A stretch of DNA of 32,000 nucleotides from positions 690,001 through 722,000 of the forward strand of contig NC_014148.1 of assembly GCF_000092105.1 (NCBI RefSeq), written 5' to 3'. The position numbers and the translations under genes were made by a program. Shown here piece after piece: positions 6,941 through 16,252 of this stretch. Numbering within the stretch: position 1 is the stretch's first letter; every line of letters starts with the position of its first letter. The DNA is from Planctopirus limnophila DSM 3776 (GTDB lineage Bacteria > Planctomycetota > Planctomycetia > Planctomycetales > Planctomycetaceae). The notes beneath the pieces are model-generated. The model was not told the origin of the DNA. It did not search any database and worked only from the letters and a program-made list of their open reading frames with translations.

Positions 6941-9900
6941 CCATCTGGGAACTTTGCATTCGCCGTCCGATCTTTACCACCATGCTGGTTTCAGCGCCTG
7001 TCATTCTCGGGTTAGCCGCTTATCCCAGGTTGGGGGTGGAGCTGTTTCCGAATGTGGATGTCCCGATGGTCACGATCACCACCACGCTTCGCGGAGCGAG
7101 CGTGGAGGAGATGGAGACTGGTGTCACCAAACCCATTGAGGAGATTGTCAATACGGTCGCCGGGATCGATGAGTTGAAATCGACGACGAAAGAAGGCTCT
7201 TCTCAAGTCGTGATTGGCTTTGATCTCGACAAAAATGGCGATATTGCTGCCCAGGAAGTCGATGCGAAAGTTCGCACGATTCTTTCGCAATTGCCCGAAG
7301 GAACCGACGCGCCGATCATCGACAAATTCGCCGTTGATGCGACACCTGTACTGACGGTCGCGATTTCAGGCAAACGCGATGAACGAGAAATCACCGAGAT
7401 TGCCCGCCGGCAGGTGAAGGAAATCCTGGAGACTGTGCCCGGAGTGGGCTCAGTCGCGATGGTGGGCAGCCGACAGCGAGCGATCAATATCTGGATCGAC
7501 CCTGATCGATTGCAGAAGTTCCCAAACCTGACGATCGAAGATGTGCGACTGGCTTTGCTGCGTGAAAATCAGGAACAACCCGGGGGGCGTGTTGATCGCG
7601 GAACAAGCGAAGTCGTCTTGAGAACCATGGCCCGTATGGCCACTCCCCAGGAGTTTGAGAGCCTGATCATCGCCAATCGCGGTGGTCAGCCTGTTCGCAT
7701 CAGTGATGTGGGGCGTGTGGAAGATTCCATCGAAGAACCACGGGGCTTAAGTCGGCTGTGGACGCGAGCCGCTGATGGGAAAAATGTTTCCCAAGCGGGC
7801 GATGCTGCCGTCAGCCTGATCATTCAGAAACAATCCGGCACGAACACCGTCAAGGTCGTTCACGAAATTAAAGAACGCATTGCCGAACTGCAGGCGATTT
7901 TGCCCGCGGATATTCAGCTCAAGGTGATTCGTGATCAGTCTCGGTTTATTGAAAACTCGATGCATGAAGTGCAGGTGCACTTGGTACTGGCGGCAGTTCT
8001 GGTCAGCCTGACGATCCTGCTCTTTATGCGCGACTGGCGAACGACCTTGATTGCCGCACTCTCGATTCCAACTTCGATGGTGGCGACATTTGCCTTCATG
8101 GATTTTATGGGCTTTACCGTCAACAACATCACCATGTTGGGGTTGATTCTCGCAGTCGGAATTGTGGTCGATGATGCGGTGGTTGTTCACGAGAACATTT
8201 TTCGCCACATGCAGGAGTATCAGCTCTCAGCCATGGAGGCGGCTCGATCGGCCACCGCAGAGATTGCACTGGCTGTGGTCGCGACAACGATGTCGCTGCT
8301 GGTGATCTTTCTCCCGGTGATCTTTATGGGCGGGATCGTGGGGCGATTTTTCTCCAGCTTCGGATATGTGGTGGGCTTCTCCATTCTCATGAGTATGCTC
8401 ATTTCATTCACGATGACACCCATGCTCTGCTCACGCTTTTTGAAGCTGGAAACCGGTCATCATGGGGAAGGCGGCTGGTTCTGGCAAAGGATTGTGGCTG
8501 CTTATGTGGCGATTCTCCGCTGGGCGATGAGACATCGCTGGGTGATTGTGGCCTCTTCCATTCTGGTTCTCTTTTCGACACCAGTCCTCTTTGTGGCGGT
8601 TGGGAAAGACTTTGTGCCCAAAGATGACCAGAGCGAGTTTGAAGTTTCAGTCAATCTTCCAGAAGACTATACTCTGCAGCGGGCCGATGAAGTGTTGACT
8701 GAACTCGACCTGCGCATTCGCCAGTTACCGGGAATCACTGATTCGTTCATCACAATTGGCGATACGACCGGGCGGATTACCAAAGGTCAGGGAGAGGTCA
8801 ATAAAGCGACGATTTACTATCGAATTCTCCCGATTGCCGAGCGAGATTTTTCTCAGTTCGATGTGATGAGTGACGCCCGAAGGCTGCTCGTTCAATACCC
8901 GGATCTACGGGCCGCCGTGCAGGATGTGGCGGTCATTCAGGCAACCGGAATCCGGCAGGTGGCCATTGACTTGAATTTACGTGGCCCGGACATGGAGAAG
9001 CTGCAGGAGTATTCCGATCGCATCATCGCCTGGATGAAAGAGCGCAAGCATTATGTCGATGTGGATACCAGCCTTTCCTTTCGTAAGCCCGAACTTCGCG
9101 TGATTCCACTTAGAGAACGGGCCTCGGAACTGGGCGTCTCTGTGGCGGCAATCTCGACGACAGGGAACGTCCTCGTGGGTGGGCTGCCTGTCTCCAAATA
9201 CAAAGAAGCCGATCAGCAATACGATGTCTGGCTGAGAGCCGAGCGGGACCATCGCTCCAGCGCTGCGGAAATTGGGCGATTGACCGTTCCTTCCACCAAG
9301 ACATCGACCGGTGTTGTCGAACTGGCGAACGTCGCCCGGTTTGAAGATGCGTTTGGCCCCAGCACCATCGAACGATTTTCCCGTCAGCGGCAAGTCGTCG
9401 TCATGGCGAACCTCGAAGGTTTTGCCCTGGGAAAAGCGGTGGATGAACTGACGGCATTCGTGAAATCGATGGATCTCCCAGCCGATTATCGCTGGGAGTT
9501 CATTGGTCAGGCGCGTGATATGAGCGATGCGATGGGATACTTCTTTATTGCGTTTATTCTATCAATCATATTCATGTATATGATTCTGGCGGCTCAGTTC
9601 GAAAGCTTTATCCACCCCATTACAATCTTGCTATCACTTCCGCTCACAATCCCGTTTGCGATTCTGTCTTTAATTTTGTTGGGGACTAACCTGGATATCT
9701 ACGCGATGTTTGGTTTGTTCATGCTGTTTGGGATTGTGAAGAAAAACGGGATACTCCAGGTGGACTATACCAATGTGCTCAGGGCACGGGGTGTGCCGCG
9801 TGATGAAGCGATCATCGAGGCGAATCGAACGCGGCTGCGTCCAATCATGATGACGACCGTGATGCTGGTAGCCGCGATGATTCCGATGGCTTTAGGGGAA

Positions 9901-10125
9901 GGCCCGGGAGCTGCCGCTCGGGCCGGGATGGCGAAAGTGATCCTGGGGGGACAGGCTTTGTCACTGCTGTTGACGTTGCTTCTGACACCTGTCGCCTATT
10001 CGATCTGGGATGATCTGGCGATTCTGTCGGCACGGTGGTGGCCCGTGGGATTACGCCAAAAATCGAAGACGCCCGATCTTGTCAGCGATCCAGCGGAAAG
10101 GTTGGGCACCTCATTCCCTGTCTGA
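6937..10125 (+). CDS. RND efflux permease (AcrB/HAE1-like inner-membrane transporter)
   Basis: 1062 aa with the typical N-terminus (CIRRPIFTTMLVSAPVILGLAAYPRLGVELFPNVDVP) and the conserved TM4 region (GLILAVGIVVDDAVVVHENI). The architecture is 12 TM segments with two large loops. A 4-nt overlap with the adaptor gene suggests translational coupling. Confidence 0.95.
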   Translation: MTIWELCIRRPIFTTMLVSAPVILGLAAYPRLGVELFPNVDVPMVTITTTLRGASVEEMETGVTKPIEEIVNTVAGIDELKSTTKEGSSQVVIGFDLDKNGDIAAQEVDAKVRTILSQLPEGTDAPIIDKFAVDATPVLTVAISGKRDEREITEIARRQVKEILETVPGVGSVAMVGSRQRAINIWIDPDRLQKFPNLTIEDVRLALLRENQEQPGGRVDRGTSEVVLRTMARMATPQEFESLIIANRGGQPVRISDVGRVEDSIEEPRGLSRLWTRAADGKNVSQAGDAAVSLIIQKQSGTNTVKVVHEIKERIAELQAILPADIQLKVIRDQSRFIENSMHEVQVHLVLAAVLVSLTILLFMRDWRTTLIAALSIPTSMVATFAFMDFMGFTVNNITMLGLILAVGIVVDDAVVVHENIFRHMQEYQLSAMEAARSATAEIALAVVATTMSLLVIFLPVIFMGGIVGRFFSSFGYVVGFSILMSMLISFTMTPMLCSRFLKLETGHHGEGGWFWQRIVAAYVAILRWAMRHRWVIVASSILVLFSTPVLFVAVGKDFVPKDDQSEFEVSVNLPEDYTLQRADEVLTELDLRIRQLPGITDSFITIGDTTGRITKGQGEVNKATIYYRILPIAERDFSQFDVMSDARRLLVQYPDLRAAVQDVAVIQATGIRQVAIDLNLRGPDMEKLQEYSDRIIAWMKERKHYVDVDTSLSFRKPELRVIPLRERASELGVSVAAISTTGNVLVGGLPVSKYKEADQQYDVWLRAERDHRSSAAEIGRLTVPSTKTSTGVVELANVARFEDAFGPSTIERFSRQRQVVVMANLEGFALGKAVDELTAFVKSMDLPADYRWEFIGQARDMSDAMGYFFIAFILSIIFMYMILAAQFESFIHPITILLSLPLTIPFAILSLILLGTNLDIYAMFGLFMLFGIVKKNGILQVDYTNVLRARGVPRDEAIIEANRTRLRPIMMTTVMLVAAMIPMALGEGPGAAARAGMAKVILGGQALSLLLTLLLTPVAYSIWDDLAILSARWWPVGLRQKSKTPDLVSDPAERLGTSFPV

Positions 10126-10169
10126 CCTGCTCGAGCCAAGAAAACGTGCTGGATTGTGGCCATCACGAA

Positions 10170-10559
10170 TCAAGCATCGCCAAACGCCATGGGTGTGGTG
10201 CCGATGTCGATAATGCTGCAGGCGATGATGACATTCAGCCCCAGGGCGGTGGCTTTCTCGTAGAGTTCGTCACTTTCACTCCCGGGATTGAGCCATAACT
10301 CCTGAGGCTTAAGCTTGGCGATTTCGTCCATCATCGAAAGCCCGACAGCAGGCGGGACGTACATCGAAACTCGATCGACAGGCCCGGGTAACTCACTCAG
10401 CTTCGAATACACCTTCAGACCCTCAATCTCGCCACCTTTCGGATTGACGGGAAATACCTGAAAACCCTGTGCCAGATGGGCGCGGAGTGACTTGTTGCCA
10501 TACTTCGTGCGGTCAGCACTCGCTCCAACAATGGCGACAGTCGGCTGGGGCTTGGTCAT
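10170..10559 (-). CDS. CoA-binding domain protein (YccU/YneT-like)
   Basis: 129 aa with TVAIVGASADRTKYGNKSLRAHLAQGFQVFPVNPKGGEIEGLKVY, the characteristic Rossmann-like CoA-binding pattern. Confidence 0.85.
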   Translation of the reverse strand: MTKPQPTVAIVGASADRTKYGNKSLRAHLAQGFQVFPVNPKGGEIEGLKVYSKLSELPGPVDRVSMYVPPAVGLSMMDEIAKLKPQELWLNPGSESDELYEKATALGLNVIIACSIIDIGTTPMAFGDA

Positions 10560-10599
10560 GCAGAAACTCTTTCTCAGTAACGACGCTTGCTGTTAACGA

Positions 10600-11211
10600 T
10601 CATGCTGTGCGCAGGTCGGGAATTCTCAGCATTTTGGGAATGGGAATCTTGAGTCCGACGACTGAGCCATACTCCTGTTCGAGCTGTCGAAAATTGAAAT
10701 TCAGGAAGTGGCAAAGCTCTTTCGGGGGATTGAGCTTCAGATACTGATCGACAAACTCGCCCATCTGACGGTCATATTCATTCTGACTATGGCTATGCAC
10801 ATGATAACGACCACCTAACCGGCGGATGTCCCCGTTAAAGTCGGCACTGATGTGATACAGTTCGTGGCAGATGGTGATGAGTTTCTCACGGAATGTCTGC
10901 TCCTGAAAACGGGGCAGGTAAAACGTGAGAATGTAAAGGATTTCCTGCTCGCCCGCGAAGAGGCGGCGAATTGTCCAGTTGTGCCGCCCGCGTCGAGTGA
11001 CGAGATTGCCATTTTCAAACCGCATGGGTGTGAGCTTAGCCTGAAGACCATAGGGGACACTTCGCCTGGCCTGGGCAAAACCAATCGCCACCTGATCCAT
11101 ATCGATATGCCGAAACTCTGGCAGACGAATCGTGAGATCATCGCAGAGTCGCCTGATGGCGTGGCAGAAATCGAAAGAAGCACCCTTCACGACGAGATTC
11201 CTTTCTCGCAC
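10600..11211 (-). CDS. Hypothetical HExxH-motif protein, a putative zinc metallopeptidase
   Basis: 203 aa with a GTG start. It has a single HELYH motif (nt 10852-10866) in the context ITICHELYHISADFNGD. I see no signal peptide. Family assignment is uncertain. Confidence 0.7.
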   Translation of the reverse strand: MRERNLVVKGASFDFCHAIRRLCDDLTIRLPEFRHIDMDQVAIGFAQARRSVPYGLQAKLTPMRFENGNLVTRRGRHNWTIRRLFAGEQEILYILTFYLPRFQEQTFREKLITICHELYHISADFNGDIRRLGGRYHVHSHSQNEYDRQMGEFVDQYLKLNPPKELCHFLNFNFRQLEQEYGSVVGLKIPIPKMLRIPDLRTA

Positions 11212-11358
11212 ACTCTTTCGTGCTGGAACTCACCACTCATTCCTCGCAGTAAACTCTGCCAGGAGTTGAGATGCAAGAACCCATCTGCAAACTTCTTGTA
11301 GATCATGAGGAAGTGTCATTCACTGCCTCAGGATCCACTGAGGGGAAAATCTTTTGCT

Positions 11359-12345
11359 CTACAGGCTGGCAAAGCGAGCCACTTCTTGAGGTGTGAATTT
11401 CCGCGACAATCGTGCCCCCAGTTGCGAGACAACTCGACCAGCCGCCTGCGAAGCCAGATGGCCTGCCTGCCGATACGAAAGACCATTGGACAATCCATAC
11501 AGGATGCCAGCCGCATACATATCGCCGGCCCCTGTCGTATCAATCGGGCGAACGGGAGTCGCTTCAATAGGAATCACCTGATTGTCCCGCAAAATCAGTG
11601 AGCCATCGCCACCCAGTGTGAGTGCCACATCAGCCGCCAGATGATGCAGTTGCTGGGCACAATCGACAGGCTCGGTCTTCCCAGTGAGACTGCGCGCTTC
11701 TTCGAGATTGCAGAACAAGAGGTCCACCGGGCCTGCGATCAACTTGAGGAACTCATCTCGAAAGAGGTGAATCAAAAACGGATCGGAAACCGTGAATGCC
11801 ACTTTCACCTGATGTTTTTTGGCCAGTTCAATCGCTCGGTAAGCGGCAGCTCGTGTACTTTCCCCCGTGAACAGATACCCTTCGACATAGACGTATTGCG
11901 ATGCCGCAATCTGTTCTTCACTCAGGTCTTCAGGCCCAAGCGTGGCCGAAATTCCCAGGTGAGTGAGCATGGTTCGCTGGGCATCTTCTGTAATCAGAAT
12001 GACCGACGTCCCCGAAACACCCGTGCCGAGCGGTGTGTCGACCGTCACCCCCAGTGCCTGCATATCGCTCAACCAGAAGCGACCAATTTCATCATCGGCC
12101 AGCTTGCCGGCATAAGCCGCAGTTCCGCCAAAATCGGCAATACCAGCAATCGTGTTTGATGCAGAACCACCCGCACAGCGATTCACCGGGTGACCTTCCA
12201 GACTTGCCAGGACATGGCCTTGCTTGTCGGATTCGACCAGCGTCATCACCCCTTTGGTGAAACCGATTTTCTCCAGTAGCTCATCCGAGATTCGGGCCTG
12301 GATATCTGTGATCGCATTGCCCACACCGTAAACATCAAATTTCAT
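11359..12345 (-). CDS. PfkB-family adenosine kinase-like sugar/nucleoside kinase
   Basis: I chose the start at [15 protein letters not shown] (ATG at 12345). The pattern YGxGNAxxDI...GGSAxNT plus the C-terminal [12 protein letters not shown] motif is typical of bacterial proteins annotated as adenosine kinase. Confidence 0.85.
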   Translation of the reverse strand: MKFDVYGVGNAITDIQARISDELLEKIGFTKGVMTLVESDKQGHVLASLEGHPVNRCAGGSASNTIAGIADFGGTAAYAGKLADDEIGRFWLSDMQALGVTVDTPLGTGVSGTSVILITEDAQRTMLTHLGISATLGPEDLSEEQIAASQYVYVEGYLFTGESTRAAAYRAIELAKKHQVKVAFTVSDPFLIHLFRDEFLKLIAGPVDLLFCNLEEARSLTGKTEPVDCAQQLHHLAADVALTLGGDGSLILRDNQVIPIEATPVRPIDTTGAGDMYAAGILYGLSNGLSYRQAGHLASQAAGRVVSQLGARLSRKFTPQEVARFASL

Positions 12346-12669
12346 GCGTTCAGCCTGCCTGCATCCGCCCACTCGCAACGGCGAGTCAGCGATAGGTTGT
12401 TACAGATTCCCCAGAGGAATCCTGTCGGGGAAAGCGTAGCGGATTCCTCACTGTGACTGAACTCTCCGCCAGAGAAAACTGCTATGCAAAATTCTGGTCA
12501 TAATCGTTAAAGGCAGAATGATCTGGAAGAGTCGAACACCTCAAATCTCTGAAAGCGGGAGCCTTGTTCGTCATTGGCCGCCTTTTGCAAGGTATGTTTT
12601 GATACGGACTAGTTATGGTCATTTTGTGCAGGTACGACCTGCTGACGAACCCGGAGTTGGAGTTCCCAC

Positions 12670-14010
12670 GTGATTACGGCCTCAGCCCCCGAAGCCGCCC
12701 CGACCGATGAAGACCAGACACGGGAAGTCTCGATTGACGACCTGATCGTCGGAAGGCCACTTACCTATCCTGTGAATGACACACGGGGAAGGCTGCTTCT
12801 GGCAGCCGGTCAGGAACTGACAAGATTGGCCAAACGTCGGCTGAAAAGCCTGGGTGTTCATCGTGTCTGTGCCCATGCTGCGGATTCCATGATTCAAAAT
12901 CTGAATCAGATCGAACTCCGTTCTGCTTCGAGCCTGGCCAGCCACGATGAAATTTCCGCCAAGCTGGATCATGTCGTCGAGCAGGGTCTCTTTCAGATCC
13001 AGAACAGCGGGCCTGCGGTTCGCGATCGAGTGCGTCAGCATGGGGCGACATCGTTTGATCGAGAACTTCAAAAAGATGTTTCGGAGCTTCGCAGCGAAAC
13101 CCAGGCTGAACTTTCCAATCTGGTGAAAGAGGCACTCCAGGGACGCAATGATACCGGTGGTGCCGTCGCTCAGATGGCCGCTCAATTTCTGGCTCAATCG
13201 ACCGAAGACACCGATTGCGTGCTCTCGGTAGTGCTGGAAGCTGCCAAGAAACCCGATCTCGCCGACCATTCGCTGAAAATGGCTGTTCTTGCCATGGCGA
13301 TTGGTATCGAGATGGGACTGGACGAAGATAACAGCCGCCGACTTTGCGTTACGGGTCTGGTTTGCGATTGGGGCATGTACAAACTCCCCGACGAACTGCT
13401 CAACGCCGATCGCATCCTAAGTGTGGGTGATCATCTGCAAATCCAGAAACATTCTCAGTACACAGCAGAGATTCTGGACCGCACGACCGGGTTGCCCAGT
13501 CAGACAGCCGTCATCGCTTACCAGGTTCACGAGCGGCCGAATGGTCGTGGTTATCCTAAGCAACGCACCAGCGAACGAATCAACATCTGCTCCAGAATCT
13601 TAAATGTCGCCGACACTTATACGGCACTCACCTCACCCCGCGCCTGGAGACCGGCATTAACACCGTATGCAGCGATGGAAACCATCTTGAGGATGGCTCG
13701 AACTCGCGATGTCGATCCCGATGTGACACGCTCTCTGCTCAAGGTCATGTCGCTCTTTCCGATCGGGAGTCTGGTGGCACTCAATGATGGGAGCGTTGCG
13801 CAGGTGATCCGCCGGAATGGGAATCAATATGACCGGCCGATCATCGAAGTCGTACAGACTGCCGACGGGCAGCCTGTGCCACTGGAAAACCGGGTCGCGA
13901 TCGATTTAATGATGAGTCCACTCGAAGTCGTTCAGGCGATCGCAACACCGGGCTCAGAGGAAGAAACGTGGTGTGAGCCCTATGTGATGATTAACAGGAC
14001 GCTGCGTTAA
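12670..14010 (+). CDS. HD-GYP-type domain protein with substituted metal-ligand positions
   Basis: The layout is HS(200)...CDWGM(232)...KH(261)...VHERPNGRGYP(286-295)...NVADTYTALTS. The GYP motif is intact. The canonical HD, HHE and FDA positions read CD, VHE and YTA. N- and C-terminal extensions resemble those of other HD-GYP proteins. The start is GTG. Confidence 0.85.
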   Translation: MITASAPEAAPTDEDQTREVSIDDLIVGRPLTYPVNDTRGRLLLAAGQELTRLAKRRLKSLGVHRVCAHAADSMIQNLNQIELRSASSLASHDEISAKLDHVVEQGLFQIQNSGPAVRDRVRQHGATSFDRELQKDVSELRSETQAELSNLVKEALQGRNDTGGAVAQMAAQFLAQSTEDTDCVLSVVLEAAKKPDLADHSLKMAVLAMAIGIEMGLDEDNSRRLCVTGLVCDWGMYKLPDELLNADRILSVGDHLQIQKHSQYTAEILDRTTGLPSQTAVIAYQVHERPNGRGYPKQRTSERINICSRILNVADTYTALTSPRAWRPALTPYAAMETILRMARTRDVDPDVTRSLLKVMSLFPIGSLVALNDGSVAQVIRRNGNQYDRPIIEVVQTADGQPVPLENRVAIDLMMSPLEVVQAIATPGSEEETWCEPYVMINRTLR

Positions 14011-14085
14011 ATCGTTTTTCCCCAAGGTCACGGACTCATTAGCGACAGGCCAGGCACTCTGCCATCGGTTCTGTAAAGGCAACGT

Positions 14086-16101
14086 CTACTTGGGGATGGA
14101 TTCCTGAGTCGCTGAGACTGGCAGAATCGTACCAGGTTCGCTGATCGCACCTGATGGCTGCGAGCTTTTCTGAATCTGCGCTGGCAAGCCAGTGCTGTTC
14201 TGCAATTCCTGGGCGAGTTGATGCTCGACTGGCAAACGCGCCACCACAACTCCCATATCTGGGTCTTTACCAAGAAAACGACCACAAGCCACAACGCAAA
14301 CTTGCTCACAGGCGACTGGCAGGTAATCGCTCTCCAGATACCTGGGGTACGAGGTGCAGAGATAGGTTAGCCCTGAAAGTTGCTCAGGCGAGAAACGGGA
14401 AATGATAGATCGCTGATTGTTATTGATCGAAGCCGCACCTGCTGCTGATTCAACGCTGTTCGATATGGATTGAGGTTGAACAGGCTCTGGATCGATCCGT
14501 CGGATAAAGCGACCAGTGCGTCGATAGTACTGGTATTCAAAATTGTGGTGGACTTCTCCCAAACTGACAAGTTCCGCTCCTTCGGGCAGATCTTTAAGCA
14601 ACTTCTCGACTGCCAGATCGATACGCGAGCTGCGCCGAGTGTAATCGTCAACCACAGCTGTCACGAATGTTCCACCAACGAACAATCCCAGGGCCGCAAG
14701 ACCTTGAATACATCGCGCTTCGGTGGCTGTCGATCGGCACACCCACATGGTTCTGCCCAATAGCGCCGCAGCCATCATCAGAAAGACGCCATACACAGGT
14801 GGGACTGACAGATTTCCTACAGGGAGCGAAAGCGCCGTTGCCACCGTCAGCAATGCCATCACTCCACCAGCAATCCAGGCCAGGATGGCAAAGGTGCCGA
14901 TAAACCTGGAGAGCGGCAGAATCGGCCCAGGATTGTCGCTGAGATTTTCCTGTCGACTTGATGACGTGGAGGCTAAGGATAGCTCAACGGCTTTCGAGGC
15001 TTTGACCCACTGATAGAGCGTCTCGATTGTCACACCGATCAGCACCGCTGCCAATGGGTACACAGACATCAGAAAGCGTGTGCGGGTGCCAGTGATCAGC
15101 CAGACTGTCGGAAACGATGTGACCAGAGCGAGACCGGCAAACAGCATCACCTGATGGTAAGGTGCCATGCGTTGACGCCATGTTTTCGAGCACAGATTGA
15201 CCAGCAATAATGACCAGGGAGCCCAGCAACCCACAACCAGCGAGATTGGGAATTCCGTCAGATGTTTCAAATAGGTAAAGATCGTTCGATCACCACCATA
15301 AAGAACCACATCACCGGTAAAGACATGGCGAAGACCAGGCATTCCTAATTGCAGGTAAAAGGGCACAAGCCACATCGCAATCAGGCTGGCACATAGCGCA
15401 ATGCCAGATACGTGGGCCCAGGAGAGTGCGAATCGAGCACGGCCATTGATCAGCAGATACAGCCCGATAGTCGCGGCGAAGTAGACAGGAGCCTGTGGGC
15501 CTTTGGTCATGATGGCGCCAGTCAGCAGTAAGTAAGCCACGGGCCAGATGATCCATGCCGACCATTGTTTCTGCCAGCCAGTGTGCCACAACAGCAGAGC
15601 CGATGAGAGAAACAACGTGAAAGGAAGATCTGTCTCTCCCGTGCGGCCCAGTTCCATGACTTGAATCATGGTGACATAAGCCAGCCCCGTCGCGAAAGCA
15701 CCGACACGCGATAACGATTGCCGGGCATACCCGTATAAAATGATTGAAAGCAATGCGACCGCGAGCAGGCAAGGCAGCCGAATCGAAGTGATGTCTTCGG
15801 AACCTCTCAAGGCCATGCTGCCGGCGATCATCCAGTTATGAACTGGCGGGCGGCTGCTCATAAAATAGGGTGTTCCCTGCATGCGGGGAACAACCCAGTC
15901 GCCCGAAGTCTGCATATTGATCGCCACCAGCGCGCGGCGGGTTTCTTCACCACGCAGCGGGGGATACTCAATGCGACTGAAGTAGACGATCCCGACGATT
16001 GCCAGCAGCAGATATAGAGGCCATTCCAGCATCCAATCAGGAAAGCGGCGCATCGGACTGGTTTGACCACCAGCAGAAGAGCATTGACCAGTAAGGTTCA
16101 T
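14086..16101 (-). CDS. Polytopic GT-C glycosyltransferase, ArnT/PMT-like (GT83/GT39-type), with a ~200-aa soluble C-terminal region
   Basis: The first-loop motif PLRGEETRRALVAINMQTSGDWVVPRMQGTPYFMSSRPP aligns by eye with the ArnT DExRYAE...SGDWxxP...YFEKPP region. Many TM segments follow. Confidence 0.85.
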   Translation of the reverse strand: MNLTGQCSSAGGQTSPMRRFPDWMLEWPLYLLLAIVGIVYFSRIEYPPLRGEETRRALVAINMQTSGDWVVPRMQGTPYFMSSRPPVHNWMIAGSMALRGSEDITSIRLPCLLAVALLSIILYGYARQSLSRVGAFATGLAYVTMIQVMELGRTGETDLPFTLFLSSALLLWHTGWQKQWSAWIIWPVAYLLLTGAIMTKGPQAPVYFAATIGLYLLINGRARFALSWAHVSGIALCASLIAMWLVPFYLQLGMPGLRHVFTGDVVLYGGDRTIFTYLKHLTEFPISLVVGCWAPWSLLLVNLCSKTWRQRMAPYHQVMLFAGLALVTSFPTVWLITGTRTRFLMSVYPLAAVLIGVTIETLYQWVKASKAVELSLASTSSSRQENLSDNPGPILPLSRFIGTFAILAWIAGGVMALLTVATALSLPVGNLSVPPVYGVFLMMAAALLGRTMWVCRSTATEARCIQGLAALGLFVGGTFVTAVVDDYTRRSSRIDLAVEKLLKDLPEGAELVSLGEVHHNFEYQYYRRTGRFIRRIDPEPVQPQSISNSVESAAGAASINNNQRSIISRFSPEQLSGLTYLCTSYPRYLESDYLPVACEQVCVVACGRFLGKDPDMGVVVARLPVEHQLAQELQNSTGLPAQIQKSSQPSGAISEPGTILPVSATQESIPK

Positions 16102-16252
16102 TCCGTTGATACCTGCAAAAGCACCTGCGGGCCATTATCAAAAACATGACCCGTCAGGAGAGAATCCGTGCCCGAGAAATCGATTCAAGCATCGGGCTCA
16201 ATAGCAGAACGTACAGGCAAAGGTCAATCCCAACTCGATTCCACAGAGTAAG

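Noticed and set aside
5444-10125. Absence of an outer-membrane factor gene next to the RND adaptor and pump, considered as a possible novelty.
   Set aside because: Unlinked or absent TolC-like genes are common for RND operons generally and in this phylum. It is not informative on its own.
11326-11343. CCTCAG-N6-CTGAGG hairpin just downstream of the adenosine kinase stop, considered as a terminator.
   Set aside because: The stem is only 6 bp and there is no T-run on the minus strand. That is insufficient for a terminator call.
12682-13269. Long antisense ORFs inside well-supported genes: 12682-13269, 25130-25726, 26595-27167, 7747-8208, 15311-15772, 17364-17837 and 8977-9393.
   Set aside because: Each lies opposite a CDS with clear family signatures (HD-GYP, orphan secreted protein, sulfatase, RND pump, GT-C enzymes). 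Their translations look like typical shadow-frame products. I see no independent evidence for overlapping genes.
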